Below are positions 40,284 to 53,985 of a stretch of 64,000 nucleotides of DNA, one piece after another. This DNA is from Tubulanus polymorphus (Eukaryota > Animalia > Nemertea). The notes under the pieces are model-generated. The model worked only from the letters and a program-made list of their open reading frames with translations. It had not been told where the DNA came from and did not search any database. The stretch lies in the NCBI RefSeq assembly GCF_964204645.1, contig NC_134025.1, positions 30,236,299 through 30,300,298 on the forward strand. The letters run 5' to 3'. Each line of letters begins with the position of its first letter. The stretch's first letter is position 1. A program made the position numbers and the translations under genes.

Positions 40284-42624
40284 CGTCACCGTTCAGCTCT
40301 ACGTCTACCAATAACCACGGAGAGATTGTCTAGAAAAACTAGAAATATCCTCAACATTCAAATAGCAGCTCAGAGCTGTATGTCTCCTAAACATGCAATA
40401 GATCAGACACTTTATGAGACACCCTTTCCAATATGTTACCAGTTAAAAGTTACCTATAGTCACTATATGCATCGAATATAAGAATTTGAACAATTGAATT
40501 ATAACATCCATAAATACCTCCAGATGTTACTGGTGATAAGTTTTGGCATTTATTCTTTCGAAAATAGCACAAATCAGCTTATCTACGAACCCCCAAGAAA
40601 GATATAAAATCATTTTTTTAAATTTTAGAATCTAACATTGAATAGAAATCTAACTTTAATTTCAATGAATCATTATCTAAAATGATATGATTTATTTTAA
40701 AAAAATGACATAACTCATATCAAGATATAGAGCACTGTCATCACTATGGCCTATATACATAAACATAATTCATTTTAGTTAATTGTCACATAGATAGGTT
40801 TGATTGGATGATGACCTTATCACTTAATCATTGCCATATTCAACGAGTTTTTGCAAACATGCACCCTAGAACCTGATAACAGGTTGAATCCATCAATTTT
40901 CATCATTTATAAATGGTTTCAGTTGATGCAGAGCCTAACTGGGCACTGGTACATATGAGTTGTTATAATAATTCAATATGATTACGTGCACCGCCCCAAG
41001 AGATAAAAATTGATGCGTTTCACATATAACTGTAACTGTGTGCTACGGTGTTCTAATTCTAGTTTCATTTACAAACTATGTATTTCATTCAGTAAATCAG
41101 CCCGAAGTAAAATTACCTTTAAAATGAATATAAATTCTAATCACCGCATAAACGCGAAAATACACCCTGAAAGAATTGAATTCACAGTCTACGTATCCAC
41201 AGTCGGCAGTATGACCTTAAAACACATAGACAGCAGGCAAACAAGCTAATGGTATCAGCTACGAGTAGTCTAGTGTATAGTGTCGTTTATTACCACTAGA
41301 TATCGCTACACATATTCGAAGAGCAAAGCTAACATTCATTCAATTAAAAATACACCTGTTTTTATGCGATAAAAAGAAGTCAAGATATGAATTTGAATGA
41401 TAAGGAGGTTAAAACACATTACTAAATTATGCCCAGTTTTTAAAGGGAGTCATGACATTAGAAAATTGACAAAAAATTTACACATACCCTGCTTAAAACA
41501 ACTAAGCCGAGAATCAGTGAGCAGTAAAAATATCTTTTGCATAAAACAAGTTGTCTTGAGTTGAATTGATTAACCTAAATTCCAGTGCAGCCCTCTCTAA
41601 TTCCCCTATTCAATTGCAGCTAACCAACACTTTGACAATACAGATACTCACTGTTTCAAAACTCGTCCAGTAAACAATGAACCTCCTATAGATAGCACAA
41701 ACAGTATATTTAATCCATGCAGTATATATATGAACATAAATTAAGGTTTAAATTTCTAGTTTCTAGTTCAACCTCCTGTCAAATTACATGTCCGCATGTG
41801 GAGAACAACCAACATGCACATGTGCCATCGTTGGTCATGTACGCCACACGTGGCTATAGCATGCAAATCCGATTAACGAAACACTATTACCGGGAAAAAA
41901 ACGATGCCTTTACGATAACGAAATTAATGAGAACTGGACCCAGTTCAGTCCTAGATGTTGCAGTATTTGGAAAATTACTGGCAATTAGGTCCCGATAAGA
42001 ATCACGGTCGTCAGGAGGCCCTAACCACCGTAAAGTTTTAGACGATTGTGACACACGATCCGAGTTTATTGATTAACGTTATCTTTAATTAAATTAAGGC
42101 CAGACAAATTCTGGGTCGATTCTGACGGACACGGGATTATATCGGACATTACGTTGCATTCACTTTTGAATGTCTTTTGGAGGAAAAATATTCCTAATGT
42201 GGAACAAAAAGAACTACCCTAGAAATTCCTGGCTAAGGCTGAAGGCCTTTTGGCAAGCGCGCCAGCTGATTCTGCGCCAACACGCATTCGCCGAATGGCC
42301 ATCCCGAGCTGTAGTACATCATAGACAATACACGCAGCTATCACGCACCTCAACTCAGCCAATAGCGAACATAGCTTTATCTCCTGGTGTTAGTAAATAT
42401 AGTTGTAAATTCCCATGCATATCTCATTCAGTTATCAAACATTAGTCAGCGCGATACAGAGACGAACTAAATATATAATCAACAAAGCAAGTTTAGATTG
42501 AGTAAAAGCATTTAAATAATATATTCTTGTGCAACGCATTCAGTTATAGAGAACGGCTTCTATTTCTATTGTATGTTTTGTGTTGCGATCAGATTCCTGT
42601 AATTATATCCGACACTGAGTATCA

Positions 42625-43641
42625 ATGGAATCGGCATTCGACATCGGGGCCATCCTCAAACGTGTGGATACAATAGGTAGATTGGATGCAGTCGGAGATA
42701 TATTCTCAGAAATCGGCAATGACAAAAAGCGGCCCGGTAAACGATCAGTGTCGGCGTGGATGCGGATTGAGAGGAACCATAACGATGGGGATGTTTGGCG
42801 GCGGCGCTCCTCGCCACCACCGGCAACAACCGATATTGACCACCATCAGACGAGTAATACATCGAACATGCTTCGAGTGTCAAACAGAGTCGTCAAAGAT
42901 CCAATACTTAACATCGATTATACCGTTAAAAACATCAAATCTACTGAATTACCTGTTATCGGTAAGTGTGTCTCTGTGTCCCCGTTATTATGCAATTTTC
43001 TCCAAAAATTCTCAATGATTTTACGTAAATATTACATTCATTCGTTTACAGGGACGTACATCGATGCGTCGATTATACCGGGATTTTTCTACACGGTCCG
43101 TAAACTGAACACCGGCGAGACTCTATTCAACGGGAAACCACGCCAACTGTTATCAATAGGTATAGGATACGGGAAACGCATAACGTTCTCTTGCGATAGA
43201 ATATACAACGCAGAAAACCCGAATATATTCTGGTCAGACAGTTGCGCCGATGGATTTGCATTTTCATTATCGATAATCCGAAGCGTAGGAGAATTCGTGG
43301 CTTATAACGATGCGAGTAATAGGCCTGTTGGTACTGCCACGGTAACAGATATTACTGTAAAACCGGCTCAAGAAGTGCACCAGTCCGTCACCGACGGAGC
43401 GGTCACCAAAGAGGTGAAGGCGTCGATTAAATGTCTGTTTAAATTCGAACCGATTTCGCAACACGGTTTTCTGAATATTCGCAGTGATTTCAGCACCGAT
43501 GATGATGTTCTATTAGAAGGTGTTTGTCATCTCGTCAAACCGAAGTCAACAAAAACAGCTGTATTAAAACGAATTGAAAATGTTAATATACCCTCGATTG
43601 GAAAATGTACGTTAATTCCTGATCATGCATCAAAGCTTTAA
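42625..43641 (+). CDS. Uncharacterised protein, 308 aa spliced (338 aa if the 90-nt intron 42962-43051 is retained)
   Basis: Long stop-free ORF with a disordered N-terminus and a globular-looking domain (ELPVIG|TYIDASIIPGFFYTVR...LLSIGIGYGKRITF...NIFWSDS..GFAFS). A canonical gtaagt...tttacag intron lies inside the ORF. I cannot assign a function. Confidence 0.8.
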   Translation: MESAFDIGAILKRVDTIGRLDAVGDIFSEIGNDKKRPGKRSVSAWMRIERNHNDGDVWRRRSSPPPATTDIDHHQTSNTSNMLRVSNRVVKDPILNIDYTVKNIKSTELPVIGKCVSVSPLLCNFLQKFSMILRKYYIHSFTGTYIDASIIPGFFYTVRKLNTGETLFNGKPRQLLSIGIGYGKRITFSCDRIYNAENPNIFWSDSCADGFAFSLSIIRSVGEFVAYNDASNRPVGTATVTDITVKPAQEVHQSVTDGAVTKEVKASIKCLFKFEPISQHGFLNIRSDFSTDDDVLLEGVCHLVKPKSTKTAVLKRIENVNIPSIGKCTLIPDHASKL

Positions 43642-44134
43642 AGATGATGAAAATAAACCGAACTGTAACTAGTCAGAAAAATGCAAAATACTCAATAGGC
43701 CTACATGTAATAGAGGCTGTAAAGGTTTTTTGTTGTACATAAGCAAAAATGTTATGTAAAAAGTTTCACAACTCGGTGATGATATTGTATGTTACTGTTA
43801 CACTGTAAATAAACACACAATAAACGTTTTTCTAAGACAGACACAATATCGTTTTCCTTTTTTTTCGAATTTCCATTGCACTGTATACTTCGTTGTTTCG
43901 GGGGTTGGGCCCATAAGTTTTATTTCAAAGGGAATTTTCCAAAACCAAGAAAGGAGGACTCCAACATCAGCAAAAAACCGACACAAAAATTCAACTGTGG
44001 ATTATCAGGCATTGAACCCCGCCGGCGGGGCTTACAATCCGTTGGTGCGGGTGAACGTTTTATTCGGATGGGCTTATACCGTATTGGTTTGTGAAAATAT
44101 CCGATCGTGAAACTAAACCACAGACAGGTTAATG

Positions 44135-44504
44135 AGGCTTTTTTTAAATCTTGGTTTGCGGGTAGACCTATTGAAATATCATTTCGGAGGAGGAAATAGA
44201 AATAAAAAGAAAATTTTCTGAGTGAGATAAAATCACTTTTTGACGAGTGAACTATCGATAGGGCACGGTCCAAACAAATGATTCTTGGAAAGTTTGAATT
44301 CCACACTGTGAAAAAAGAACCTCGCGTTTTTCAATTTTTTCATCATTCATGCCATTCGGCAGAGGTGAAAAATCTTTTTTTTTGCTTGCACTGAATTTGT
44401 TCCACAGATGCCGCAATAAAAATAAAAAAATTTTTTTTAATTTTGACTTTTCTTCACTATTTCGGGAGGCGGTTCCCGTAAACCAAGCTATTGAAAAAAG
44501 GCCT
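44135..44504. mobile_element. MITE inserted into a short interspersed repeat just upstream of EXT2
   Basis: Imperfect TIRs aggctttttt..cttggtttgcggg / cccgtaaaccaag..aaaaaaggcct. The flanks reconstruct the uninterrupted repeat seen at ~15175-15251. Confidence 0.7.
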
Positions 44505-44954
44505 TACTGACTACCCGGGGCTGGACAATGCGTTCAGTTTCAAGTTCTAAGTTCAAGTTTTGTGTCCAGTGTCCCTTTTCATACTGTAAGTTCAATTCCG
44601 CGGTAGGAAAAAAAATCTCAGTTGATTCCGATCATGATTATTTGTAAGTTCCATGTTGAAAATATTACGACCCCAAGTGCCGTGTCGACATCACGCTCAT
44701 CACCAACAGCTCGAGAACATTTATTTTTCTCGATTCAACACAATATTCGCAGATAAACTGCATAAACTGACAGTTAATCTACAAATACGGCTTTCAAATA
44801 TGAATTAGCAATTGTCTTTCAACGGAGAGGTGGTCATTGATAAAGAATGTCGGAAATGAAGTAGTTGAAATGAGTGATCATTGATACGGACTCAGGACTC
44901 AGTAAACTGTTCGTTCTTCATTTGTTTTGATACTAGAGCCCTCCCTAAGATCTA

Positions 44955-47900
44955 ATGAAAATGTCGCTGAGAACTCTGACCCCTCGCTTGAATAAATATC
45001 AGAATATATACACGTTATTATTCGTGTGTTTATTACTGGTTTTAATTGTAGCCAGCGTGCTGTTCATGTTCCCGTTCAGAACAACCGAAAAATCGGTTTC
45101 ACTTTTCAAACGCTCGCTCTACGATAGCAGTCTCGTAGAGGTGGTCAGTCTAAAACACGTAACCGGACTGCGAATCGACGCGACTGATCGAACTTGCACG
45201 TTTCACTCCTGTTTTCATGTTTATAACTGCGGTTACAACGACGATAATCAAATCAAAGTCTACGTTTACCCTCTGCGTAAATTCATCGATGAGAATGATA
45301 TATCGATATCGCTGCCGATATCGAAGGAGTTTTTCGAGTTGTTAGAGACGATCGGTGATAGTGTTTATCATACGGATAACCCTTCTGAAGCTTGTTTATA
45401 TATCCCACCTCTCGACCTACTTAATCAGAACAATTTGAGAATCGAGGAACTGGGAAAGGCTTTAGCAACATTACCACAGTGAGTATTACATATTGGCCTA
45501 TAGGGGGCGTCTATGAGGGGAAGAAAATTGTACGGTATTCGAACAACCCTCATAAGCTAAAGAAGGTTTAATATCTCGCTCTAATTCTTGCTGTTTTTTA
45601 TCTGTATTTTCAATAGTTGGAACGGAGGACAGAATCACGTACTGTTCAACATGTTACCGGGCAGTTTACCCGATTATAATACGTCACTAGATGTCGCCGG
45701 TGGTCAATCTGTTATAGCTGGAGGTGGTTTCGATACGTGGAGTTATAGACGTCAGTATGATGTCAGTATTCCTGTATTTAATCCGCTTGTTAATCATCGT
45801 ATGTTAGATCCCGTCGATAGGTAAGAATTTTTCTAGTCTCTTTGAGGTACCAGTGGCAGGCACTAGATGGCGCAATTATACCTCGAGTTTTGGGTAGTGA
45901 ATATTTGTTCATTTTCGATGAAATTTAAACTAGAATCTGAAAATTATTATCAAACAAGTCTCAATAGATACAAGAATTCCGCATTCATTGATTGATGTCG
46001 ATTTCCCTGAAAATTGATTTACTAAATCAGAAAAGTTGGATCGAATTGAATTGAAATGTCGACGAAATTAAAACGTTGAAACCCAGTATCCACTGGTGAC
46101 ACCTGGTGGATCGTCTCGTAATCCTTGCTTGCCACAGTTGCTGGTACACCTCGTAGTTTTAATGCAGGCAATGTTTGTTTTGGTTTCAGTGATAAAGAGA
46201 AGAGATGGTTATTAGTATCATCACAGGTGAACATTCATATCGAACATCGTATGGAGTTAAACATGTTAGAACGACGTTACGATAAACTACTCGTACTCGA
46301 TAAATGTGTCGCCGTGGATACCGATATACCGTTCAACTATACGGAGCGTTGCCATGGTAATACTGTTTATCGCTATCCCGCCATTCTTCAGGTGAGCAGA
46401 AGCTGTCGATTCAGAGAAATGAAAATTCTCTAACCATTCAAAATTTAAAGAATAAAAATGTTTCTTTATTTTAGAATTCAACGTTTTGTTTAGTGATGCG
46501 CGGAGCACGACTCGGTCAAACTGCTTTATCCGATGCATTGATGGCTGGTTGTATACCGGTTGTAATGGCTGATACGTATATCATGCCGTTCTCTGAGGTT
46601 TTAGACTGGGATAGGTAAATATGTATTCTAGGATTCTTCGAAGGGGGTGGAACTGAAAACTGGAATGAGCGCTTATTTTGAAAAGAACAGATTTTTGCGA
46701 TGCGAGAGCTGCTAGCACGAAATTGGTGGGTTCCGGTGGCCCTCCCACAGAAAGTGTAGGACAAAAAGAGGCTTTTCAGGCCCTTATCACTACTCATTTC
46801 GATTTATTCTGTGGTATTTTCGAATTTTAAGGGGTAGTCTAGTCCCCTATATCTGCCCAATTACACTGATATTGTATGAACCGTGTGTACCGTATTATAA
46901 CAGTTTGATTACATTCACTGCAGAGCCGCTGTCATATTACGCGAAGAGAAACTCTCCGTAGTCATCGATATATTATCGAGAATTCCGCGCGAAAATATTC
47001 AACTGATGCAGAAACAAGTGACGTTTTATTGGAGGGAATATTTCAGTACGATCAGTTCAATAACATTAACAACACTTCGTATCATAAATGATCGTGTTTT
47101 TCCATACGCCGCTCGTAAATACGAGGAATGGAACGAACCTCCAAATAAGGTAAAATTCATTCATAAAATACCGTCACATATTTAACCCTTTCAGTGCTGA
47201 CTAATTGATACCCTATAGTGCTGGAGATAGTTTGAAAATTTTGAAAAATTCCACCCTAGTGTGTTGAATAACGGGAATACCACTATAGTGCGTCTACCCG
47301 CGGTGCGGTGTGTCGTTAGTTACTAGTATTTCACTATGTTTGACAGGTGCTGCCATTTTTCTAGAGAGATAATTACTAATTACATCGATACACCGCAGTG
47401 TGGTGTACTGGCAAAATCCATCACCGATTCATACACCGCACTGAAATGGTTAATGCAGTACATTTTGATTTGAAATTGTATAAAACTGTGTATGTTTCAG
47501 TATCGTGCGGTGAGTCCATTGTTTCTACCGTTACAACCAGCCAAATCAGACGGATTCACAGCCGTCATTCTCACGTACGATCGATTAGAAATGTTGTTTA
47601 AAGTCATCAAGAAAGTTTCAAAAACGCCGAGTCTCGCGAAGGTCATCGTCGTGTGGAACAATCAGAAGAAAACTCCTCCACCCGGTAAACAAAGAATAGC
47701 GCGAAACACTGGATCCTGTGTTTGAGTCAGTCATTTCTATTTATTAACACTTTGAATTACTTTCATTATTTCAGCACAAAAATGGCCGAAAATTGATAAA
47801 CCTTTGAAAGTAATTCAAACTCAGCACAATAGATTGAGTAATAGGTTCGTAATCAACTTGTCTGTGTTGTTAATTTTCGATAAACATGATGATGATTTTC

Positions 47901-49323
47901 AAAATGTAATTGATTTTATAGATTTTATCCGTATGATGAAATTGAAACTGAAGCGATATTGGCTTTAGACGACGATATTTTGATGCTTACAACTGATGAA
48001 TTAGAATTCGGATACGAGGTAAATTCCGTAGTTCTCCAGCGCTGTTTGACTCTAGTAGGATCAAAACATTGGACTCAAAATGAAGACTTCTTCATCCGAT
48101 ATAACCATAAACGATGAACGAATCTTTTTCTTCATTTTGATGAAAGTTTCGCGAAGTTTTGACTGAAGTTCATCAGAAACGCAAATAACATATCATTATC
48201 ATGTTATTTTGTTTCCCTGATGATGTTTAGTTTTCAAAACTTTGAAACTATCGGAATAAATTCTATTTGACTAGTAGGATCAAAACATCATCAGGGTCCA
48301 GTTCCAAAGTTCTGAATTTGGATTTAACTCTTGAGTTAACTCATTGAAAATGAACTAACTTTAACTCAGAGTTAATTCTAACTCACGACTGTGGAACTGG
48401 GTCCAGAGGAACAAAAATAATAAATTGTTATTTTCGTTTCTATGGTGATGAAGTTTAGTGAAATCTGTGGGTTTTTGCTGATGAAGTGAGAAATACTGAG
48501 ATTAAGATCAGTCCGTACCAGTAACGTTATCTTTTTCGATAATTTAATAAAGATGTTATGTTATTATTTTGAAGGTTTGGAGAGAATTTCCGGATCGTTT
48601 GGTTGGATTTCCGTCTCGTCTTCATCTATGGGATAACGTTACGAATCACTGGAAATACGATTCCGAATGGAGCAGCGAAATATCGATGGTTCTCACCGGT
48701 GCTGCTTTCTATCATAAAGTAAGTTCAATATACAATACACTCCGATTGCCGGAGAAAAAATTTTTTGATTTTCTAACTCTAGTTTTGTCAGGATGGCCAC
48801 TTACCTGTAAATCAGGAAAAAGTCAGGAAATTTTCTTTTCCTTACTCCTCTTCCTTTCGGTAAATGCTAATAATCAGGGAATAGTCAGGAAAAAAGTCTA
48901 AATGGCCTGCACCTTGTTTGAGTTATCTCCGCAGCCTTGCTTCAAAAATTCTCTTCATTACTTTATTTGCAGTATTACAGCTATTTGTATACTAATGCAA
49001 TGCCTGGCGATATCAAAGTTTGGGTTGATTCTCACATAAACTGCGAGGACATCGCGATGAATTTCCTAATCGCAAACGTCACCGGTAAAGGCCCCGTTAA
49101 AGTGACTCCACGCAAGAAATTCAAATGCCCCGAATGCACGAAGATGGAAATGTTATCAATGGACGCGACGCACATGGTCGCCAGGTCGGAATGTATCAAT
49201 CGATTCGCCGAGATTTACGGTTCTCTACCCCTGAAAACAGTCGAATTTAGAGCCGATCCCGTTCTTTATAAAGATAATTTGCCGTCAGAGTTGAAGAGAT
49301 TTAATGGTATTGGAACCCTGTGA
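44955..49323 (+). CDS. EXT2: Exostosin-2 (heparan sulfate co-polymerase), 10 coding exons
   Basis: Type II signal anchor, then CTFHSCF..YNCG and [17 protein letters not shown]64 domain: [44 protein letters not shown]. The EXT2-type C-terminus [22 protein letters not shown]...[13 protein letters not shown]...RADPVLYKD...IGTL* is present. Confidence 0.96.
47186..47449. mobile_element. piggyBac-like MITE (TTAA target duplication)
   Basis: TTAA|CCCTTTCAGTGC ... GCACTGAAATGG|TTAA. An opposite-orientation copy is at 54979-55209 and an internal fragment at ~52325-52500. Confidence 0.8.
48295..48403. mobile_element. Short MITE of an abundant family (ends ggtccagttcc / ggaactgggtc), CAG flanks
   Basis: Inverted ends with CAG/CAG flanks. 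Related copies or ends occur at ~13063-13170, 15272-15388, 24770-24860, 31020-31150 and 35828-36030. Confidence 0.7.
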
Positions 49324-50179
49324 AATATCACCAATCTCAACTCTCCGTACTGCTTGTACCATACTGCTTTACCCCCCCCCACCCAGGTTAAAGTAAACCT
49401 GGTCAATATTAAAACTGACCCCTAAAGCAATCATTCATCGTAGCTAGTTTATTTTAAATGCATTTATTTACAAAATCGTGTGTAAACCTGAAATGAGTTC
49501 TTTGAGCATTATATACTCTTAAAGGGGTTGCAATAAAATAGAACAGGGTGCATGTGATTAATTGTTCGTGTATATACTGTTTTCTAGTCATTGTATATTT
49601 TATACTTATGTAAATAGCCAGATACTTAGTATTTTGATAAATAAACTATGAATATAAATAGCTTAATTTTGGTTTGTTCTTCGTCTAATATCTGCCGAGA
49701 TGCTTCACTATGGTTCGAAGTTGTAAGGCTTGAAGTTGTAAGGCTTTAGCTAAAATAAGAACTTTCAGTGCGAACAAATAAAACTTTTAATAGAACTCTT
49801 CGTTCGACAAATGCATTTGCATCTGTTAAATCAGCACACTAGCGTGCCACAAAGAATTTTGACAGCAAATTTCCCAAGAATTTCAAACCAGAAAATTATC
49901 GATATTTTAATAACGCAGTAGTTTGCACATGTATCCGCAATTACAAATTTGGTGACAAAAATTGTTCGAATAACTTGTGAATCGAAAATAGTAACTTTTC
50001 AGCAATTTTTTACATTTTTGTTAAAATTTAGCACAAATCTGGTTCTTGACAAATTTTCCCTAAGTAGCAGCACTTGCTACAAACCTTGCCTCGATAACAA
50101 ACAAACAACAGGAGATTTATTATTCAGTTAAATGTATTCTATTCTCATGAAATATTTACAAATTTTTCCCACAAACCGA

Positions 50180-51518
50180 TCACGAATCACTGTCCGAATC
50201 GACCACCTTTTCATTTTCCTCGATTAACTTCATTTTCGCGATCAACTCCTTCGCCGGATTAAAAATGCCGCTCGTCTGCTCGCCGCAAACGAAACAACGT
50301 TTCGATTTTTTGTAATAATCCAACGCGCATTTCTCGCAGAAATAATGCTTACACTTTGTGACAATCGGAGTTTTAAATGAATTACGACAGATGTAACATT
50401 TAAACGGTAACTCGTCCTCGTCGGAGCTGATTTCGTATTTAGTATCATCGTCGTCGTTAGCGGAACGTTCCTCGCGTTCCAGTTGCCAGCCGTGTTTATA
50501 ATCTCCGCGATCGTGTAGGAATTTACAAGAATCCCCGAATCCGCAGAATCCCGTCTCTTTATAATCTTTACAGATATCGGGAGCATAATCCCATCGAACG
50601 GTCGCGCGGAGATTTGCGGGAGCTCTCATCGGACCCTGACGTACGCTGCCGCTAGCCGCGTTACCCTGCGCTGTGTCTTTCTTCTCGTAATACTGCGCGT
50701 AATTGTTGATTCCGCGATAGATTTTATCATCTTCTTTTCCTTTTAATTCTTTGTTGGTTTGTAACGAGCGTTCGAATACAGCTCGCGAATCGCGGTCCGT
50801 CTCCGTGTCGATCTCAACGGTAGCCGTCGCCCCCATATCGGCCGGTCCGCTCGTTACGCCTGACCTCGATGACCTGAGAATAATAATCAACATTTTAGAA
50901 ATAAAACGGTTTCGTTAAAAGATTGACCTCGGTGAATAAACTTACTTGTAACTAACACCGACCGAGGCTTTCTCATCATCACTATCGCTATAAGTTACTG
51001 TCTCTTTCTTCAGAACAACTTTGCTCCCTTGAATCATTGGATTCGCTTAAATGAAAATGAGAAAAATTTTATAGACACAATTCAATCTTGATTCAGGAAT
51101 TTACAGGTTGAAGTTTGATTGATTCAGCATGACTTTTTTCATTTTCAACAGTATTTTTACCAAACTATTAGTTCACAATTGTGAAACAGAGTCCAGATTT
51201 AAACACAAAAACAACTTATCTGCATTCGATGCATCTTGATAAAATACACAGGAAAATTATTTTTTCTAGATAAAGATTAAGGGCCTGATTTCGACTGTTT
51301 TGGTTGTCATTTAGTACAACTACTCTAGCATTCTTACCGCTTGAAGAAGATTTTACTCGTTTTACGACAGTCGTCGAATCGAATCCATCAGAATCTCCAT
51401 CACTACTCGAACTTTCCTTCCTTTTTCTCGCAATCTGTCGAGATTTTGCTCTTTTCTTAAACACGAATTTACACGGTTTTTCCGAATTTTGCGCGATGTC
51501 TTTCGAATCGTCGGCCAT
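50180..51518 (-). CDS. RNF113A: RNF113A/Cwc24 spliceosomal CCCH + RING protein, 3 coding exons
   Basis: [61 protein letters not shown] (CCCH finger) and LPFKCYICR...[13 protein letters not shown]...CFVC (RING). Confidence 0.96.
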
Positions 51519-51887
51519 TTTGCTTTTTTGTCAATTCAATCATTTTTGTTGATGGTTTATTTTCGCGATACACAGACATTAGCAGCAAGATGCAGCATTA
51601 TGAAGATATCAAATATATCAAAAACGATTTATGAAATACATAAGGAAGAAGATTACATATAAATTAGCGTATATTACTTGAATACAAACCGGACCGGCCG
51701 TCCAGTCCAGGCCAGTCCAGTAGTCCGTTCAGCAAATGTGAAAAGATTTCCTGGTGAAATTTTTCATCGCTTATTCACGCGAATTCCATCGCTATAACGC
51801 AGTATATCGCGTCACACGCATTTCTATGAAGCTGTTTTATAAATTTAGAAGCAGGAATTAACGAAAGCGATGTGTTCATAAAATCAG
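51519..51887. promoter_or_regulatory. Probable bidirectional promoter for RNF113A and FRS2, with a non-coding FRS2 first exon
   Basis: Short CpG-containing interval next to the RNF113A ATG. A candidate + strand donor (aaatcag|gtcagt, ~51887) could join the acceptor at 55354 just before the FRS2 ATG. This is inferred only. Confidence 0.4.
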
Positions 51888-53844
51888 GTCAGTTTTAAAC
51901 CGACATTTATTCACCAGTTCGTTCGTCGTTTTAAAGTTCAATTCAATTAAATATTCTTCCATCGTCGTTATACTCCAAATAGAAACTTCATGCTATACGT
52001 CATGAAGCATTGATTTACTTTTCGAAATATCACTGTTATAACATGATTGGAATGGAAATTATTGAATCATTTTTCAGTCAAATGATTGTAGTCTTGTTTG
52101 TTTTTTCGATCTTGAAACTCCCACCATTAATCAATCAATTATATTTGAAGTGTGGTCATTGGATAGAAGGGTGGGTCTACATTTGACTCATACTCAAAGT
52201 GTATGATCTGTAAACATGGTCAAGACCATTTCATAATTGCAAAATCGTGAATTTATTAGAAACCTTAAAAAAACCACAAAAATGTCAGTAGGGTTTGTAC
52301 ACCTAGGGTTAGGGTTAGGATATTACACCGCATTGCATTATATTAACAGTTATAATCCTTCTACATATCTCTAATATATTTACAAATATCTAACTATGTT
52401 TGACAGGTGCTGCCATCTTTCAATAGAGATAAAACTAATACATCAATACACCGTGGTGCGATGTACTAGAGAAGTACATCACAGATTTGTGTATATGCAG
52501 TGATAGAGCCCGGCTCAGTTTGGTTAATATTAACCAGTGGATATATCCAAGTAATAATGCAGTTTAAATTCCGGGATCTTGCAAGCGTTTTGTCCCTGGT
52601 ATCATCATCAATTTAGTGGGGACCGTTCTGACAGTGTTTCAATCGTAAATATTCTCGTTAATAACTGCAAGTAGTGGCATTCGTTTCGGTGGTTCAAGTG
52701 ATTATGTTTAGGCCAACCATTCACACTGGTGCCGATTAGACTTGGGTCTGATCTCGGTAAATTCATGTCAAGTATCAGTTGTTAACTTTGAGCAACTTAT
52801 AAGCGACTGACTGAAGGATCCCTAATGGTAATAGGCCTAATCCTCAATAACCATCTAATCCTGAGTGACACTAGTGCCACAGTGCAGAAAGGTGCCCGTC
52901 TAAAACATTTGAAGTTTGTCTCTCTGAAATGCACTTGTAACAGGAAGCTGTGTGAATTTATATTCAAGAGTTTGTTTCACAGAAAATTCATAAAACACAA
53001 CTCTTGGTTTAGGAGGAAATGTTTTTGTAGCTTATCCTATCTGTTTGTGCGTACATTATTTAGCAATAGTTTTAGAAAAAAAATCACTCCTGTGGTTTAT
53101 GAAACTTAGAGAACATATGGAGAAAAACCCGCAATCCACAATGTAATACAAATAGAGTATTGACGTTTATACTCAAAGGTTAACACTGCCATTTACAAAA
53201 CATCTAAATACAGTTTATTCTTTAAGTTTTACTAGTATTCGTAATTGTGCGCTTTTTTATTTAGTTGAATTAGACATTCAAACTGCCAACCATATTGCTG
53301 TTGATATGTGGCAGCTCATGAGCCACATATTTTCATGCTTAGTAACCTCAGTAGCTAGCTTGTGTGGACCTTTCTTTCTGATAATTAGTTCGCAGTCTCT
53401 GTAGCCCTCTTACGCCCAAAAAATCTTTTTTTCACCGCATAAACTTTGATGGCGCCCCTGAAGAACCCAAACAACGTATTGAAATGAAATTAATCAGAAT
53501 TAATGTTCAGTCTTTGCTTTGAAGAGATGATTATGAAGCGTAGGCGTTTATTGTTATTACCGTTTTTGTCTTTTTGATGAAGAAGGTGTTTGACGTAGTG
53601 CTTTACGGCTTTGTTGTTTAATCTCAGCTGCAGTGTTAAAAGGGAACCATAACCATATGTCACAACACGCGTATCATCATTTGATCTACATCTCACTGTA
53701 TATATGTATTATACATATTATATTACTCTACATTTTTTTCTGTTTAATCCGCGAACGAATGAAGTTGCAATTGATTTATTTGACAACGAAATCCATCGGG
53801 TTCAATTGATATTAATTAATCTGTGCATGATTTAATGAAATCTT

Positions 53845-53985
53845 GTCTAGACTCAAGCCAACTGGTGATTCCGATTCAAGCCAACTGGTGAATTGGACTC
53901 AAGCTAGCTGTAGATTCTGTCTCGGAGCCGACTGGCGATGCGGTCTCGAGCCAGCTGGTGATTCGGTCTCTGATCCAACCGGTAA
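53845..53985. repeat. Degenerate ~22-bp tandem repeat
   Basis: About six units resembling gactcaagccaactggtgattc. Confidence 0.7.

Noticed and set aside
39450-41860. D-box (TTATGTAA) and E-box (CACGTG) implying clock control linked to the nearby cryptochrome
   Set aside because: Isolated 6-8-mers are expected by chance in 64 kb, and there is no clustering.
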